Origin: Yuukianura sp. NJ FZ-2021
Lineage: Eukaryota
Length of the DNA: 64,000 nucleotides
Assembly (NCBI GenBank): GCA_046563655.1
Contig: CM102287.1
Location: 8,060,001 to 8,124,000 of the forward strand
Direction of reading: 5' to 3'
Shown here piece by piece: positions 47,601-62,600 of this stretch (its first letter is position 1; every line of letters starts with the position of its first letter). The position numbers were made by a program, and so were the translations under genes. The notes below the pieces were generated by a model. It did not search any database. It was given only the letters and a program-made list of their open reading frames with translations, and was not told the DNA's origin.

Positions 47601-50600
47601 TGATCTGCTTTACCCTTAACACAGTTTCCTAAAATTTCAACATCCAAGTACTACTACAACAAAGTACCCTCCATTTTTGAAATTTTGTGAAATTGAGTAA
47701 TAGTTGAGGAATGATTCGTTGGGATTATCACTCAAGTCCATCTGAATTGTCTCCTTGGTTTCATTTGGTTCGTCGTGTCTTGAAATCCTCCAAGAAGAAA
47801 AGAACCTCCCAAAAAGTCTAAAGTAAGAAGAAGATCGTGAATGTAGTTGATAGTAATCAGTGGCAGTGACTTAGGTCCATTCCCATTGTCTTCCTCTTGG
47901 AAGGACTCAATTTCATCTTGTCTCATCCCCGACTCCTTGACATCGTAAATCCTTCCACCCCGTCACCAATCCACCTTATTTACGTCCTAACTCTACCTGC
48001 TGAGTCTAACCAGTTAATTGGGAAGCGTCTGTTCATCTTCTTTTGTGTCCTGCTGAAAGTTCTTAAGCAGAGGTAAGATTTTAGCACACAAGCAAAGCTC
48101 CTGCGAAATTGAAGCTAGAGTTGGAGCGAGTATAGGGATGACAGTGGAATAATTAATTGTTGTGATTTAGTTGGTGCGAGTGAGGCAATGCTAATTTAGT
48201 GAAGATGAAAATGGAAATTGTTCCATTATTCTGGAAGATAGCCTCTTGAACCCCGTAAGCGCTTGGAGGAGGTTGAAGTAGAGCAGAGACTGGAGGGTTT
48301 GTCCCACGGGGGCCATCTAACCTTAAATGAAAGGAAAGGCGCTGAGGCAATTGTCTTGAATTCACTCGCATTTCAACCCGTTTTTCTAAATAAACACAAT
48401 TCTACAAAAGTCCAAGGAGTTCTGGAAAGCACGTTCAGAACAAGTTCTCAAGGAACAACGCAATTAAGTTCAGATGTTGAAGAGGCTTTCCGTGCTGGGA
48501 TTGATCTATTGGCGATTTGTTTTGGTTTCGAAACCAAATTTAACTTTCTCAGAAAACCAAAAAAAAAAAAAGGTTTCATTTCAACAAGCATTTCAACAAC
48601 AGTGTAAAAGAACAATACTTAAAGTAAACATAGAGTGTGATGTAATATAGGGTAACACTTTAAAAGCCTGCCAAAGTCTAAAAGTTAGAGTATCGGTGAA
48701 TTTTTCATTAAACAAATTCTTCCAAAAGTTATAATCGCAAAAAAAATTCAGTTGCCTTATTTCAGTTGACACAAATCATCAATTTTGTATACAAACATAA
48801 TGGAGAAAGTGATTTTGAAAAACTGAGTTTTTCCATAAACATAGCAATAGAAGCCGAGACATAGAGAAAGAGAAAACAAAAAGTGCCTTCTAAAATGAGA
48901 CAAGCTTTTTAACTACACTTTTGTCAAATTCTCATTGGATTGTTGAAAAGTGAGTTTGATTTTTTTTGCTAAATTTAGTTCTCGACTGTAGTAATTTGGC
49001 AATTGATTGCCAAGTTTGGTTGTAATTTTGATGCACCTGCCTCCAGTGTCTCTGTGTTCCTGAATTTGTACAACGGGGGGACGGGCATTAAGTTTGTTCG
49101 TAGGAAAATGAGAAATCAATAGCTATCTGCTGTAAAACGAGGAATAGTGGGGGGACGAGGGGGGCCTTAAAAAAGGTCATTAGTGAGTTTTTGGGGGCTG
49201 ACTATAAATCAGAGAAGTGTACGATATGTTACAAAGGCATAAATCAACCCAACCCTCTAGCTTCTTCCGCACGTAAGATCCCACTGAGATCTCGAGCGTA
49301 CTGAGAGCATATACTAAAGTAAAAGCGGGTAGAATCGTACTATTACGCAGGGAGGAGGGATATTATTCTACACTACAAATTATTTTAATATTAAAGTTTC
49401 TCTGCATATCACTTTATGGAAATGTGCTTCAGATTCCATAGTCTTTCTTCTTGTGCCAAACCGCCCTCACCATCATCAACATCAGTCCAAAGTTGGAGAG
49501 ATCCATGCACAAAACACATCTTCTCATCTTCCCAAAAAACGAAAGAGGAAAAAATGATGAAATTTCTCCCCTCGTTCATTTTTCCATTTTCCTCCGTTTC
49601 TTATTATAAATATCGCTCAAAATCTTCTTTTGTCAAAAAATTCAAATTCCGGAGAAAGTTATAGCCGCTTGCGCCACAGAGAAAGTCAAAGAGAAAACAA
49701 AATGAAATTTTGGAAATTAGATTTTTCTTAGATTCTTTTTCTGGAACCAGCAGTTTTTGATTGTTCTTCCAAAATTTCATTTTTTGGGTAACAAATTTTC
49801 TTTTTTCCGTCTAGTCTGACTTTGGACAATGAAGAATTGCTCTCCGTCTAACTCTGACTCTAATATGTATTTAAATACGAAATGAAAAATAGCTTAAGTT
49901 TAACTCTCAAGAGATTTACGAGGCTCCGCGGTCTGGTCGTTCGCCTTGTCCAAAATGGAAAACTGACTGCGCTTAGCCCTTCACTTTTTCCTTCCAAAAT
50001 TTGAACAAGAAACTTACGACTATCAAGTCCTATTCGTCTTGATCAAATTTCATGTAAATTTTGTTACTTTCAAAAATTTGAAGAAGGAAAAACGCTTTTT
50101 TGAAAAAGTGGAAAGTAGGCAGTCCTTTCAGTATCCACTTGACCAATGGACGAATCCAAAAAAATACAATAAACGAAAAGGGTTGTGTTTTTCTCGTTTT
50201 TTGAAAAAGGCAATTTTCTGAAATAACTTTTTCAAAAATCCAAGAGTGTCTGAGACTAGGGGATGCTCAATTTTGAAACAAGGCTGAAATGACCTGTACG
50301 CAGTTTACTTTTAGTTTGAAAATATTTCTTTTTCGGTTGTTATTTTTTGAGAAATTTAATGTCCGCAATGTTCCTTGCACACTTTGTCTTGCTTTCTTAG
50401 CACCACCAGAAAGCAATACTTTGTAGTTGGCCGGAACTGTAACAAAAACCGAAACACGGGAGAAGTAGGGAGGTCGTAAATTAAAATTACACCTCCTTTC
50501 GGACATTTTTATATGGGAACCTACCACTGAACCATTGTTCATTGTATCAACTTCTATATTGCATTTCCTCCTTTCTACTCACAATTTTTCATCATTTTTC

Positions 50601-53600
50601 ATTCTCTGATACCAACAGGCAGCGGAGCTTCTCTTAATGGAAAAATATTGTAAGTACATAAGTAAGGAAGCATGTAAGGAGGACAGGAGGATTTTGAGGC
50701 TTCTTCACAACACAAGTCCAATTCTGTCCACGATTCTCACATTTTCTGTTTTTTTCATTTCTTCAAAATTTCAAAAAGTACAATCCAAAAAATAAAGTAG
50801 AAAATAAACAAAAGAAAGTTGAAAAATCCTGAAACATCATAATTCTCCAGAATCAAATTCAAAACAACTTGAAACCAAACTCTTTTTGAAAAGTTTTGCA
50901 CTAACCATCAAATCAAGTGTAGTTAACGAAAAATCACTTCTTGCAAAATTTTGAAAATTTTTCAAAATTTGGGAAAAGCCAGACCCCATAAATACATGAA
51001 CTTGATATTTAGAAAGCACTACAGTAGCGATTCCATACAAAATTTTTGAACGGCAAGGAAGTTTGTAAAATTTTAGCTCAATGTAAACCTAACAGTACTC
51101 TGTGCAGTACAAAAATTTGGGAATTGCGCACGCGCTGAATCAAAAATGTTCACATTGTACAAAATGGAAATCAAAAGTCTCTTTCCCTGTACAATCTTAA
51201 ATCTTGGCACTCGTATTTTGAGCATGCCGCAACGTTATGTACCGGGTGGCAGTGAAAGGCCGTTTTGAAGTTAGTAATTGGAAACGGTTCTGATTTGAGG
51301 GATCACATGAATCATTAGAAGGAGCCTTGAGGCTCCCTGATTTATGGCTCCTCCACCTAGCCCACGCACGTTTTTAATCAAGACTTGCTTCTAGGCCTTC
51401 CAGAGCGCCTTCTGTGCTTCCTAGACGCCACCGCTTCCAAGGAACCACTGTGCTCTGGATCCCTTGGACTGTTTCTGGAACTTAGGCAGCAGTAGGGAAG
51501 GAGATGAGTTAAGGGAAAGTGGAAGAAAGTCTCCTCCCGTCTTAAGTCCTCGGAGATTCGAGGAGGCCATAATTCTCAGAGACTTACGAGGGCCCGGGAA
51601 GACAGGGAAAATTGCAAAAATGGGCTAATCTATCTTTGTTGGGCAAAGTAAGGCAGATAAAAGAATTTGTCTCAACCGGGGAGATTTAGGGCCCCTGGAT
51701 TCTACACTCCCTTCTTCCTTCTTTCTCGAAGAAACGAACAAGAATCCTTAAGGACCCCAGCAGCACAACCACTTTCCCTTTCTCCAGCGCCTACACGCTT
51801 CCAGCGCCTTTTTTCAGAATTCGCTGGAGAAAGTCCCACTAATCCGCTACGCTTCTTCTACCAGCGAAGACGCTCCGCCATTTTTCTTCTCCTGCCAACT
51901 TGAGCCTGATGGAGGCAAAAACCTGTCGGGCGAAACCAAATTTCTTTTTTCTTTCGTTTCCAAAAAGGATTTAAATTGTGAATGAAATCCTCTTTTCGAA
52001 TTTCTCTCTTTAATTGAGTTGAAATTTTTAGAAAAGGCGGGAGAAAAATCAAAGGAATGGAAAGCCGTTATAATTTTTCAGAAACTAAAGAAAACTTTTT
52101 GGAAAAATAGGCTAGCACTGGCAGTGTTTTTTTTTTGTTCTGGAATGTCGCCGTATTTTTATTGATCAAAAAACAGAAACAAGGAAAGTGAATTTAAGTT
52201 AATTGCGGAAGCCTTTGGAAAAGTTGAGCGACGACTTTCTTTTACCCGAAATTGCTAAAACGGGAAAGTCGAACCCGAGAAAAAAGTAACCACAGGGATG
52301 GCCAAGTTAACTTTTCTAGAAACGAAAATGAAGAAAAGGCGACGGTTGTTTCCGGCCAAGAAAACAGGAAAGTTTGTGGGTTTATTTATAATATAAAGTG
52401 ACTTTCTCCCGGCCTCCTTCCGTCTTCCGTATTGTTTTCTATTTGGCGTTCTACTTTCTCCGCTGCCGCTGCCACGCTCTGTCCATGTCTCTTGTCTTTG
52501 GAAAAGCGAACCTAACTTTCTGCGCTGCGTCCACGACGAAGAGTGTAGCCTAGTCTAGCTCCTTCCCGTGTCACCATATTTCTTTTCCCAGGGTTTGATA
52601 TAAGCCCATCCTCGTAATTTATCGTCACAGTCGAGCTCTACTGCAAAGGGGTTCTCAATTGGAGGCTTTCCTCAAGCGAGACATTCATCGATTCCTGGGA
52701 GCAGCAGCAGCAGAGGTTCCAAGGAATCCCATATCACCATTTCCATTATAAACTTTCTCCTACTTTCCCTCCCGCGGCAGACTTTTTTGAATTTTTTGAA
52801 AAACCTAACCTATTCTTCTTTTCAAAAAAAGTGTAGTAGCAGGGACTAGGAATGTTCAAACTCCTTTTTTAAATTTGAAAACGCCTGGTGCAGAGAATCC
52901 TAACAAATGGGTTTGGATTATTACCATAAAATGAAGGATTGGAAAAGGGAGGAACAGGAGAGGGAAAAGCTGCTGCGAAGAAAAGAGATTTGAAAAACGA
53001 AAAAAAGAATTGGATTTCTTGATTACATTTTCAAATTCAATCCGTTTCTTTCTTTTTCCCATTTCTTATTGGAATAGAATAAGGCACTCATGCGAGAAAT
53101 TGAAAAAATCTAACATTAAACGCAAGAAATTTAGAATTGGTTTCCTATTTCCCCCAGAAATAAAGAAAAATCTAAAACTGAAGCAACAGTGTTCTGATAA
53201 ATTCCGATGTGCTGGAAAAGTATTTGTGGAAGGAGATACTTGGTGGTGAAAGTAGGAACGAAGAACAAGGCGGAAGATCCGTATCGTTTATGGTTTTGAG
53301 GAGCACAAGGAAAAGTAGTCTATCAAGTTATAAAATAAAATGGACCATTTAGAAGACCATTCAACGTCTCTACTCCGCCCTCAAATGGAACTTGTTAACC
53401 CGCTCAGTTAGACTCCCATTAAACAACACTAAAAGTCACCCACCAACTTCACAAAGAATAGACTTTTAGAAACACTCCGAATCCAAATCCAAATCTTCCC
53501 AATTTCAGCTCAAACTGAAACGGCAGATGTAAAATCGGGAATGTAAAATCTTAGGTTTCAATTTTGAAAATATTGGCAATTTTACAGTAGTTTCAGTCTC

Positions 53601-56600
53601 GCTGCGGACATTTGATATATTTTGAAGTAAATTTTTAGGTTTTTACGAATAGGAAGTACAATTTTGTTTTGAAACGCACTAAAAAAATCAACTACCATAA
53701 TTCAGTTGTAAATTGTCACCAAATTTTTTTTTCTTAAAGATTTTTTTAATTTTCAAACAATTTTTTTTAAAGTGAAACCACGTTTGAACGGCTATTTAAA
53801 TTTGACAGAAATTAAATTCTGCAGAACTGTTTATGTTTAAAAAGTGTGTGTTGAGTTAGGTCGGTAACTGTGTGTGTGTAGCTACAAAGGCGTTGTAAAC
53901 AGAGAAGTTAAGGGCAGGATTCCAAACGTTTAGGGAAAGTATCCGTTTTATGGGGCCGTAAAAAATTATTTGATGTGAAGTGGGCCTCGTAAGCCACACG
54001 ATTAAGGAAGGCTCCTCTGCCTTCTAACAAGTGGAAGTCAACCACCGAAGGAAGATCAGCTTCACCTTATTATGACCAAGTAAATGGGACTTTAAACGCT
54101 TCTGCTAACTTAAACACTACGTCATAAAAGCATAAAAACTTAACTCGTAAGTCCTTAAACGGACTACACACTAAGAATTACTACAAAGGAACACTAACCA
54201 TTCCAGTACTTAACAAATATGTAACCCCGGCTAAAGTGTAGTTCGGAATTCTGTAACTTGACTTTCACTTTCACCGATATTCAACCAAACAATAAAATTT
54301 CAGAATTTGTTTACGAAAAATCAAAAGTTATGCTTAGGTTAGCGCCTAATACAATCGCAATAATTTTTGTGAATTTTGAACGTTTCCATTTGGCTAAGAT
54401 TGGAATGTCCAATGAGAACCAAGCGATGGATTCTCTATCCGTCGGACATTGCTGAGGCGGAGCTCAACAGATTCAATTCTTCGCTACTTCTGCGTTTTAC
54501 GCAATTGAATTTTTTATTCTGCAAAAGTGTTGAGAGTTACTGGCTATGTTTGATGTTTTTGGTTCAATTTGAAACAGATTTGAATAAAATTAGACCAATT
54601 TGAGCAGTTTTGCAAAATGGAATCGTGTAAGGGGGAAGTGTCCAGAAGCGGAGAAGTACAGATCGCTCATAGGTTGTTTCCCAGTGTCAAGTTAGGCAAC
54701 ACTGGAATCGCACAGGGAACGAGAAGGTACAGCACAGAAGCAGCTATGGCTTCCACTGCTCGTGATATTTACTTCCAAATCAATCTTGATATACGTCACG
54801 ATTTTGTTTTTAATTTTTGAGTGAGTGTTGAATTTAATTTTCCAACGAAACTGGATGTTCAACTGTAATTTGCTCAATTGAAGGGAGAAAGTAAAAGCAA
54901 AATTGTAGTTGGAGTTTATCTGATTAAATTGTTCCTGATCCTAAACTTTTTCCGCCACTGAGAAAGCGAAACCCCGAGGTTTAAGGACGTGCTGATGAGG
55001 GAATCAGTGTTATAATGGGAGTGTAAACGGTGAGTACTTGTTGTGGTAATTGAATGGAAGTTTTAGGTGAGCTCTGTGTGGGTTTTGGGCTAGGAAAAGT
55101 TTACGAGGCTCTTAAGAATCAGAAGGTATGAGTTTTCGGACCATAAATGTCACGTTCCTAGGGACTATAAGCCACTTTACTCCACACAACTTTCCAAAAG
55201 GGGACCCTTACTACATGTACTTTCACTCCTCAAATACACAAACTTTCAACAATTTCATTCAAATTGAACTGGTTCAGCTCAAAATCTACCAAAAACTAAC
55301 CTAATCCAACTTAAGTTCTTATTCAAGCCAAAAGGTTCCGAAATCTGATAATTACATAGTAAGTGAAATCAAAATTAAAAATTTTGAAATCTTTACTTTT
55401 TAAATACCGCAAATTGAAAATCAGAAAGAATAATACGAATATAATGCGAATTCTGCAAATAATCTGCAGTTGGGTTTGTAAAGTCCGACGTAATACGTTT
55501 TCAAAAATGATTCGGATTCTAAATTTTACAGAATTTCGAGAATGTGCAAAATCTAACCTAATAAGGGCAAAAGAAAAATAAGCAGTTTCTTACCTTTAAT
55601 TGAACAGCTTGTGACTGGAGTTCTGGATTGTTAAAAATTTAAATTTTGAAAGTTTTGACTTTTGAAGTTGGAAATTGTTAAATGTTGAATGTTTGTGAGA
55701 AGTCGCCTCGGAGCCTTGGCTTTCCCTGCTTTCACTTGTGGGTTCCCGGAGTGAAGTGAAGGTGAGATTCGCTGGTCGTAAAGTAGGGGTAAGAAGTGTT
55801 GCACTCAATTCGGGGAGACTGCTTAATGCTGGAGCACTTTCGTTGGTTGCTGCTGCTGTTGCTGCTTTAAACGTAGGTTTTTTGGACTAGGGTTTTGGTG
55901 TGTCCCAACCGCCAGTCAGTCGCTGTAGTGCCTCTCTTGGCTTCAAATAAACCACTTTGGATTGCCTTCACGACCATACGAACCTCTGCCAAACATTTCA
56001 TATCCAACCTAACTCCCAAACCATCTCCCTCTACTACTTTGGCCCCTCTTATACATCTCACATTAGGAAAAAACGAAATAAGAAATGCAGGATCTTAGGT
56101 TTAGTTAGGTTAGTTTATTTCTACTTGAGAATTAAAAAGAACAAAACCACTTCCCACTTCAACTTTTCAAGTTTTGCAGAAGAGGGAAGGGCCCATGCGA
56201 AGTCAGATTTACACGAAACATAATGAAAATTAAGCAATCGTAGCAAGAATTTTAAGTAAGACGAAAACGTTTTGTTGATGCGCCAACGCAGTGCCAATTC
56301 TTATCGTAAAAAAGTAATTCGCACTGTTCGAACCAGAATCCTGATTTGAAATTGAACAGAAATTTTTGAGTTTGGTTAATATTTTGTAGTTTTTTAATTT
56401 TGAAACTTGGATGAGAGCTTTATGTGATTTGTGGATTCGGAATAAGTAAGATGTTTGAATTGCAGTCAAAGAGGATTAAGTGCGAAGACGTAGTTACTTA
56501 AGTTAAACAAGTTTTTAGAAACTACTTTAATTTTTAGAAAATAAAAAATGGAGAGTCCAACAGCAGAACAGAGAAAAAACAAGGTCGTAACTCCTGAGTT

Positions 56601-59600
56601 AATCACGTTGCATGGAAATTCGGCATTCATCATTTTGGAATAAGCCATGTAGGGGCTCAGGCGAAGTCATGGACTTAGGTTGGATTCATGTGTAAGCCTG
56701 AGTCGAAAAATTGCAAAAGTGCAATTTCGAAGTTTCACAAAATAAAATATCCGCTCGGAATTTTAAATTTTTGAAAAATATTGAGGATTTAAAAAAATGT
56801 TTCCATTGAATATCAATTTTAACTTTCTTTCCGTATTATTATTTTTAGCATTTTGGTAAACAAGATTTTTCCGGAATGTCCTCAGTTACAGCGTAGTGTT
56901 ACTTCACTTCCTACAGTTTTTCATTCAAGCGTCAATTTTGAAACAAACGAATGCGAATTTAGTTTTTTGAAAAGTTTGTCCCACGCTCTGATTTTGCAAA
57001 ACTTTGCTTATCCTAAGTTCTTCAAAAAGTCATTAGGATCTGGACATGAATTGATTTTGACTTTTGCTTTATGGCGACCTGGAGCCACTCTGCCCATTCC
57101 GATCAAGTTGCGGTTAGCCTTAGAAAAAATTCTCTCACGGTTTAGGCCAACAGAACCCCATTGCAAAAAAAAAATATTTGCGAAAACAGATTTGACCTTA
57201 TTGCTCTTTGTCTCTTTGAAATTTGGCATTCAATAAATCTTTGAAGTGTTGAAAGATAAACAACGCGTCAATAAGTTAAACAGAACACAAAAGAATCAAT
57301 CAAAAGGAGTCGCTGTCACCAGATCAGTAGTTTTGGCCAGAGGACTCCATTGTGTCCTCATTAAACTCAATTTTTTTCTTTGGTGTACTTAAAACTACTA
57401 CCGAAAAGTTCAAACTGAACATCAACAAAGGTCGACGGTCTCAAATTTACAACAAATTAACAACGCCAGTTCGAAGGTCATGCTTTTTGAAGCGTCATGT
57501 GTCGGAGCCACGCTTCTAATTTTTGAACGCCAAACTAAGGCGTGAACTTTTGTTTCAAATTTTTTCAAAAAAAGAAATGAAACAACGGGGAATTGAAACC
57601 GTGACCAAATTTTGGTGTGAGAGGCTGGTCAAACCCTTTGATCTCTGATTATTTTCGGTGTGGTTAGGTTACGGACCTTACCTAAGGGTCCGGCCCCCTT
57701 CACCATGCAAATCCTGAGTCATGGTTAGGTTCCTAACTTTCTCCTGCCTTCGATTTTCCCTAGTCCTTTCTCCTTGTGCCAATAAATAAGGAAGATTTAG
57801 GAAGTGATGGCTAAAGCCCTTAACTAATGGAAAATTTGCCCGCCTGCCGCCTCCTCCAGAATATATTTTAGGGGAGGGTGACACCCGATTTTTTGAAGGC
57901 GGAAAATTATTATTGAAAAACTTCAAAAAATTGGAATTTGGAAATGATGGAGAGAGCTTGAAAAATGTCTTTTTCAGGTTTTGAGTTTTTCAAAAATGGG
58001 GGAAGGGCCAACAGGGTTAGGGTTAAGGGGCAAGGGGGAAAATATTAGAATTTTTAAGCAGAAAGGAAAACAGAAGCATTGCTTAGATCAGGTGCTCAAA
58101 CAAAGTTTGAAAATTTGAATTTTCAAAATCCGCCATTATTCAAAGCAGGATTTGAAAAAAAGAGAGAAGTTTACGTTCAGTCGCAGCTCCAATTTCAAGT
58201 AAGGTGGGTACATAATATGGGCTTAACGTTAGGTTATATAGGATTTTCAAATTCATCCCGACATTTTGATTTTATAACAATACTTACGAGTGTTAACCTT
58301 TCGGATATTGACAATTTAACTGTCATCATCAGCTTGCTTCAGATTTCAAGTCAGGTCACCCGGTACAATTCTCGTTTTTCAAAATTTATATTGCATTAAG
58401 GATTATAGCGTTTCCTAATTTCAAAATTTAAGTAAATTGGGCTTCAACAATGCAACCGGTAGACCAACCCATGTTATTTCTTATCCCTTGTAATAAACTC
58501 ATCAAATTCATCACCAATTTATGTTCTTGTTTTACTGCATTTTTATACTTTATGACCTCGTTTCGTTCGTCTTTAACCAAACCGGCCCAACTTCTCAATG
58601 AAAAAGTAATTTTTAGTCCAAACTTTTCTCCAAAAATTACGAGTGTCTTACAAAAATGTTTTTTTTTTTACTTCATAATTTCGAATTTCTGCCAAACGGT
58701 AACAGACATGCATTTAAACATATGAGGAAACTGAACTTACAACGATATTCAAACTCTAAATGCAAAAGAATAAAATTTTACTGACTTTGAGTAAAATTTC
58801 GTCAAACTTGGAATGAAAACATGTAAAACCTTCCGCAAGAAGCGACAGGACTTCAACGTAGTTGAAGAACCTTGACTTGTGAATCTTGTATTTTGCCTGA
58901 AATTAATTGTTAATCTAAAGACGATTGTTTGAAGATAGTTTCACTAGCATTTTTTAATTAAAGTACACATGTAGTCTTGGGCATAATTTCCATTTGACTG
59001 GATAAAAGTTCAAGTCGTGTCCTGAGCCCAACAAAAGAACAGAAATAATAGAAAACACAAAATCCACTTAACTCACCTTGTTTTCTTTTCTCCTTTGGCA
59101 CAGCCCCACCCATCCTCCAAAATTTATAATTTCATTAGCCATAGAGTGGACTCTTGGACTATACGAATACTACGAAGAGGTTTCATAGCATGCTCTCCCT
59201 TATTTATGACTGTATTACTCCAACCAACCTCCATTTTAATTGAAAGTATGAATTTCAAGTCCAAATCGCTCAATTGGCAGCTCATTTTTGCAAAAGGAAA
59301 AAATGAAAAAAAAATCCAATTTTGGAAAGATGAGTATCGCCGAAATTGAAGATTTTAGTGATAAAATGTCGGCGCTTCGTTTTTGCTTTCTTTTCTGGAT
59401 TGCGGTCATTCCGGGCATTGGCATGTTTTCAAATTTTGAAATTTTGAAAAAGTATAAATTTTAAATTCTTTTTCGAATTTTTTTTGCTCCCTCCGTCCCT
59501 ACCACCCACTTGCTCTTTGAGCTCCAAAAATTTCCATAACCAAAGGAAGAAATATGTTTTTAGCATGTTTTTGGAGGAGATTCGCAATAATTCATCTGTA

Positions 59601-62600
59601 CCTTGTCTAACTCGGGCTGTCCAAGATTTATGAACATTTTTGGACCAGCAGGGATCCAAAAATCCCTGTCTCTTCATTTTTAACTAAGAAGATGAATGAG
59701 GCCTACGATTCTAATTTATGCTTCTCCAAAATTCAACTTTTGAAATTTCTCTTGTTAGCAAAAATTCACTTTTCAAAAACCTGCACGCAAGGTTTAAAAA
59801 TTCTAAAAACTTGCATTTCTGAAATCTCATTCCTCAAAAACCAAGAAAGTGTAATTTTCATTTTTAAAATGCTTACATTTCAAAACAGGTTCAAAATGTT
59901 AAAATTCTGGTCATGTTTTGCATCTGAAAAGTACTAATTTAGATTGTGCTAGTTACTAGGGGTTATAAACACCTATGAATTAAATAGTAAGTTCTCATAA
60001 GCTTTCCCTCCTTTTAGTTTCGCGTTTCCCTTGGAAGTTTCAAGTGCTAAATTCCTTATCTGATTCGCTTTGTTCGTGATTCGGGACAATTATCTCCCTG
60101 CTTCAATGCACTCTAAGTGCCCCAGTGCAAAATTATCCTTTCCGTTCCTCCTGCTAGTCTTCGTTTCAAAATCAAATTTTGATTCACCTTCACCTTGCTC
60201 CAAGGGAAAATTTTGAATGCTGAGGATGGAACAAGGAAATTGACGCCTTACTACCATACCAAAAGTCCTTCTTTCATATCAAACAATCAAATGGATCTTG
60301 GTATGGTTTGGTTCGTTCTGCTGCGGACTTGGTAATAGAGACATGAAATTATTGTAATCATACGCTACGTGATCTGACACAAACTAACAAGCAAACAAAC
60401 CACTTCCCAGCCCAACTTCTCCTTAAGATGTAACACCTAACAAATTTTATAGCATTTTGGTTTACCACTTGGTTGCAATTTTTTTTGAGACGATAATGAT
60501 GCTACACAAGCCGCTTTTATTCAAAGTTCCGAAAAATCAAAAGACGAAAATTGTCCAGTTTCAATATTTTTTTTGAATTGCCTAAATTTCTCAAATTCTA
60601 CAAAATTTGTCAACTTTCACTCCACAAAAAAGTTTAACGCATTTTCAGCATAGGACTTCAGAACAAAATTCAGTTTAGATGTCTCGAAAACGTTCTCTGC
60701 TTGCTATGCAAAACTAATGCGTTGTTTTGGTCTGAATCTCTCCACTTTTTTGCAGACTGAGATTGAATTCGCGATTGGTTTCAGATTTTCAAAAAAATTC
60801 GAAAAAAAAAAAAAACTGAAAAACTTTGTTCTGGGGTTTTACTTTTAAGTTTTAACTTTTGAATTTTTCGAAAGAAAATCAATTTGAACTTTCCCTGCAG
60901 GTCGGCCATACTTTTGAGCTGCATAAATCAAGTCGGCTCATTCTGTTAGTCATAGCAGCAGGTGCCATTCTTAAGGGACCAGTCCTCTTCCAAAGGGCCC
61001 CCGACTTCACAAAGTGTTTGGAATTATTAAATGTTCGTAATTCGTTTATAATCAGCCTCCATCCAACGTAGAGCCCTTAGAAGATCCGGCGGTGGTCCCT
61101 TCCTACCGTAACCCACTAAACGTCGAGCCTTACAAAGAGAGACTCCGAGGGTTCAAGGGCCCTTGGATCCTCCATCCCATCTCACCAGGGAGCCAAACAA
61201 TAGGATTCTACCTTTCACTCGAAAAAATACGACTTCTTTTTTCTTAAAAAATACTTGTAGCAACAACGGTTTCGTTTTTTAAGAGACCCTTAAGGGAAAC
61301 GCGGATGAACTCTAGAGTCTGTAAGTTCTTTTGTGGACTTATAGAAGAAGACTTAACAACACTTAAATTATGAGCCCTTAGGTTTAGGACTTAACAAGAG
61401 GAAGAATAAGTTCAAAAATTTTGTTTTTTCTTTTCTTTGACTAAGGATGTCTTTTAGATTCAATCAAAATTTGATTTATTGGAGTACAAGTATGCAGATT
61501 TTTAAAAAGTTTCATTGTTAACTAATTTTTGTTAAAAAAAAGTACAAAAGGAGGATCAAAATAGTGGCTCTGAAAATTATCCAAACAAAACCAGGGAGCT
61601 GTGATTAATCACCGTCACACCCAGTAACCCTTTGTTTAGCGTTTCAAAATAGGAGTTTATTTTTGAAATTTTGTTTTAAAAAGGGCTCTGAAAATAAATA
61701 ATGTTTTCACTTTTTTGATTTTGGAAAATTTACGGCGATCCAAAATGAAAAAAAAAAATTAAAGATACAAAGAAACAATAGACAAGAAAAATGTTTCAGG
61801 AAAAGTTCAGTTTTCTATCCAAAGATATTCAGTTTGAAAGTTCACTTTTTTTACGTAACATTATATCACTTGGGCATTCATCCCTTTCGGATTTTCGAGC
61901 ACTTTTCTAAAATTTTTGAAATTGAGTTGATTTTATAGGAGGTCACTCCTGAGCATTTTTTTTCTTCAAAATTTTGGGCAGGCCTTTGGCATCCTACCGT
62001 GCCTAAGCCTGAATAAGCGAAATGGAGTCTCCAACTGTTCCTCATTCCATTTACGTCAGCACTCTTTTCGAGCAGGTCGAGTTCCTAGTAGAAGCCATCC
62101 ATCCTCGTTTCCTGGATATTTCGGACATTCGGAGCTTCAGCAAAACGGGAACCGGGTAGTACGCTACTGCCACTCTTTTGGCCCATGCTGTGACTTGGCC
62201 TAGGTTCCGAAATCCATATTTTAAATTCTCACACCAACCCACACTAAACCACGGAATCGGAGACTTTGGAACGGCAGGCGGAAGAGGTGAGATATGGCAC
62301 CTCACTAGCCCCATCAACCTCAAATTCATTACGGTTCGCTCTGGGTGGCTGTCGATTTTAGAACAGTTTCAATTTTCAACAAAAAAAAGTTCAATTTTCA
62401 AAAAAAGTTGAGTTGAAATTGGAATTGCTCCTTCATTTTTTTCATTTCCAGTCCCTAGCATCTAGATTTGTAATAAATAGTGTAGGTTTGATGATTAATG
62501 GTGAAAGGAGATGACATGGAATTTTATTTGGGAAGGCCCTGTGTGTCTGCCCCCACTTCAGACAGTCCCTTCCACCATTTACTGTTCAAAAGACGAAAAA

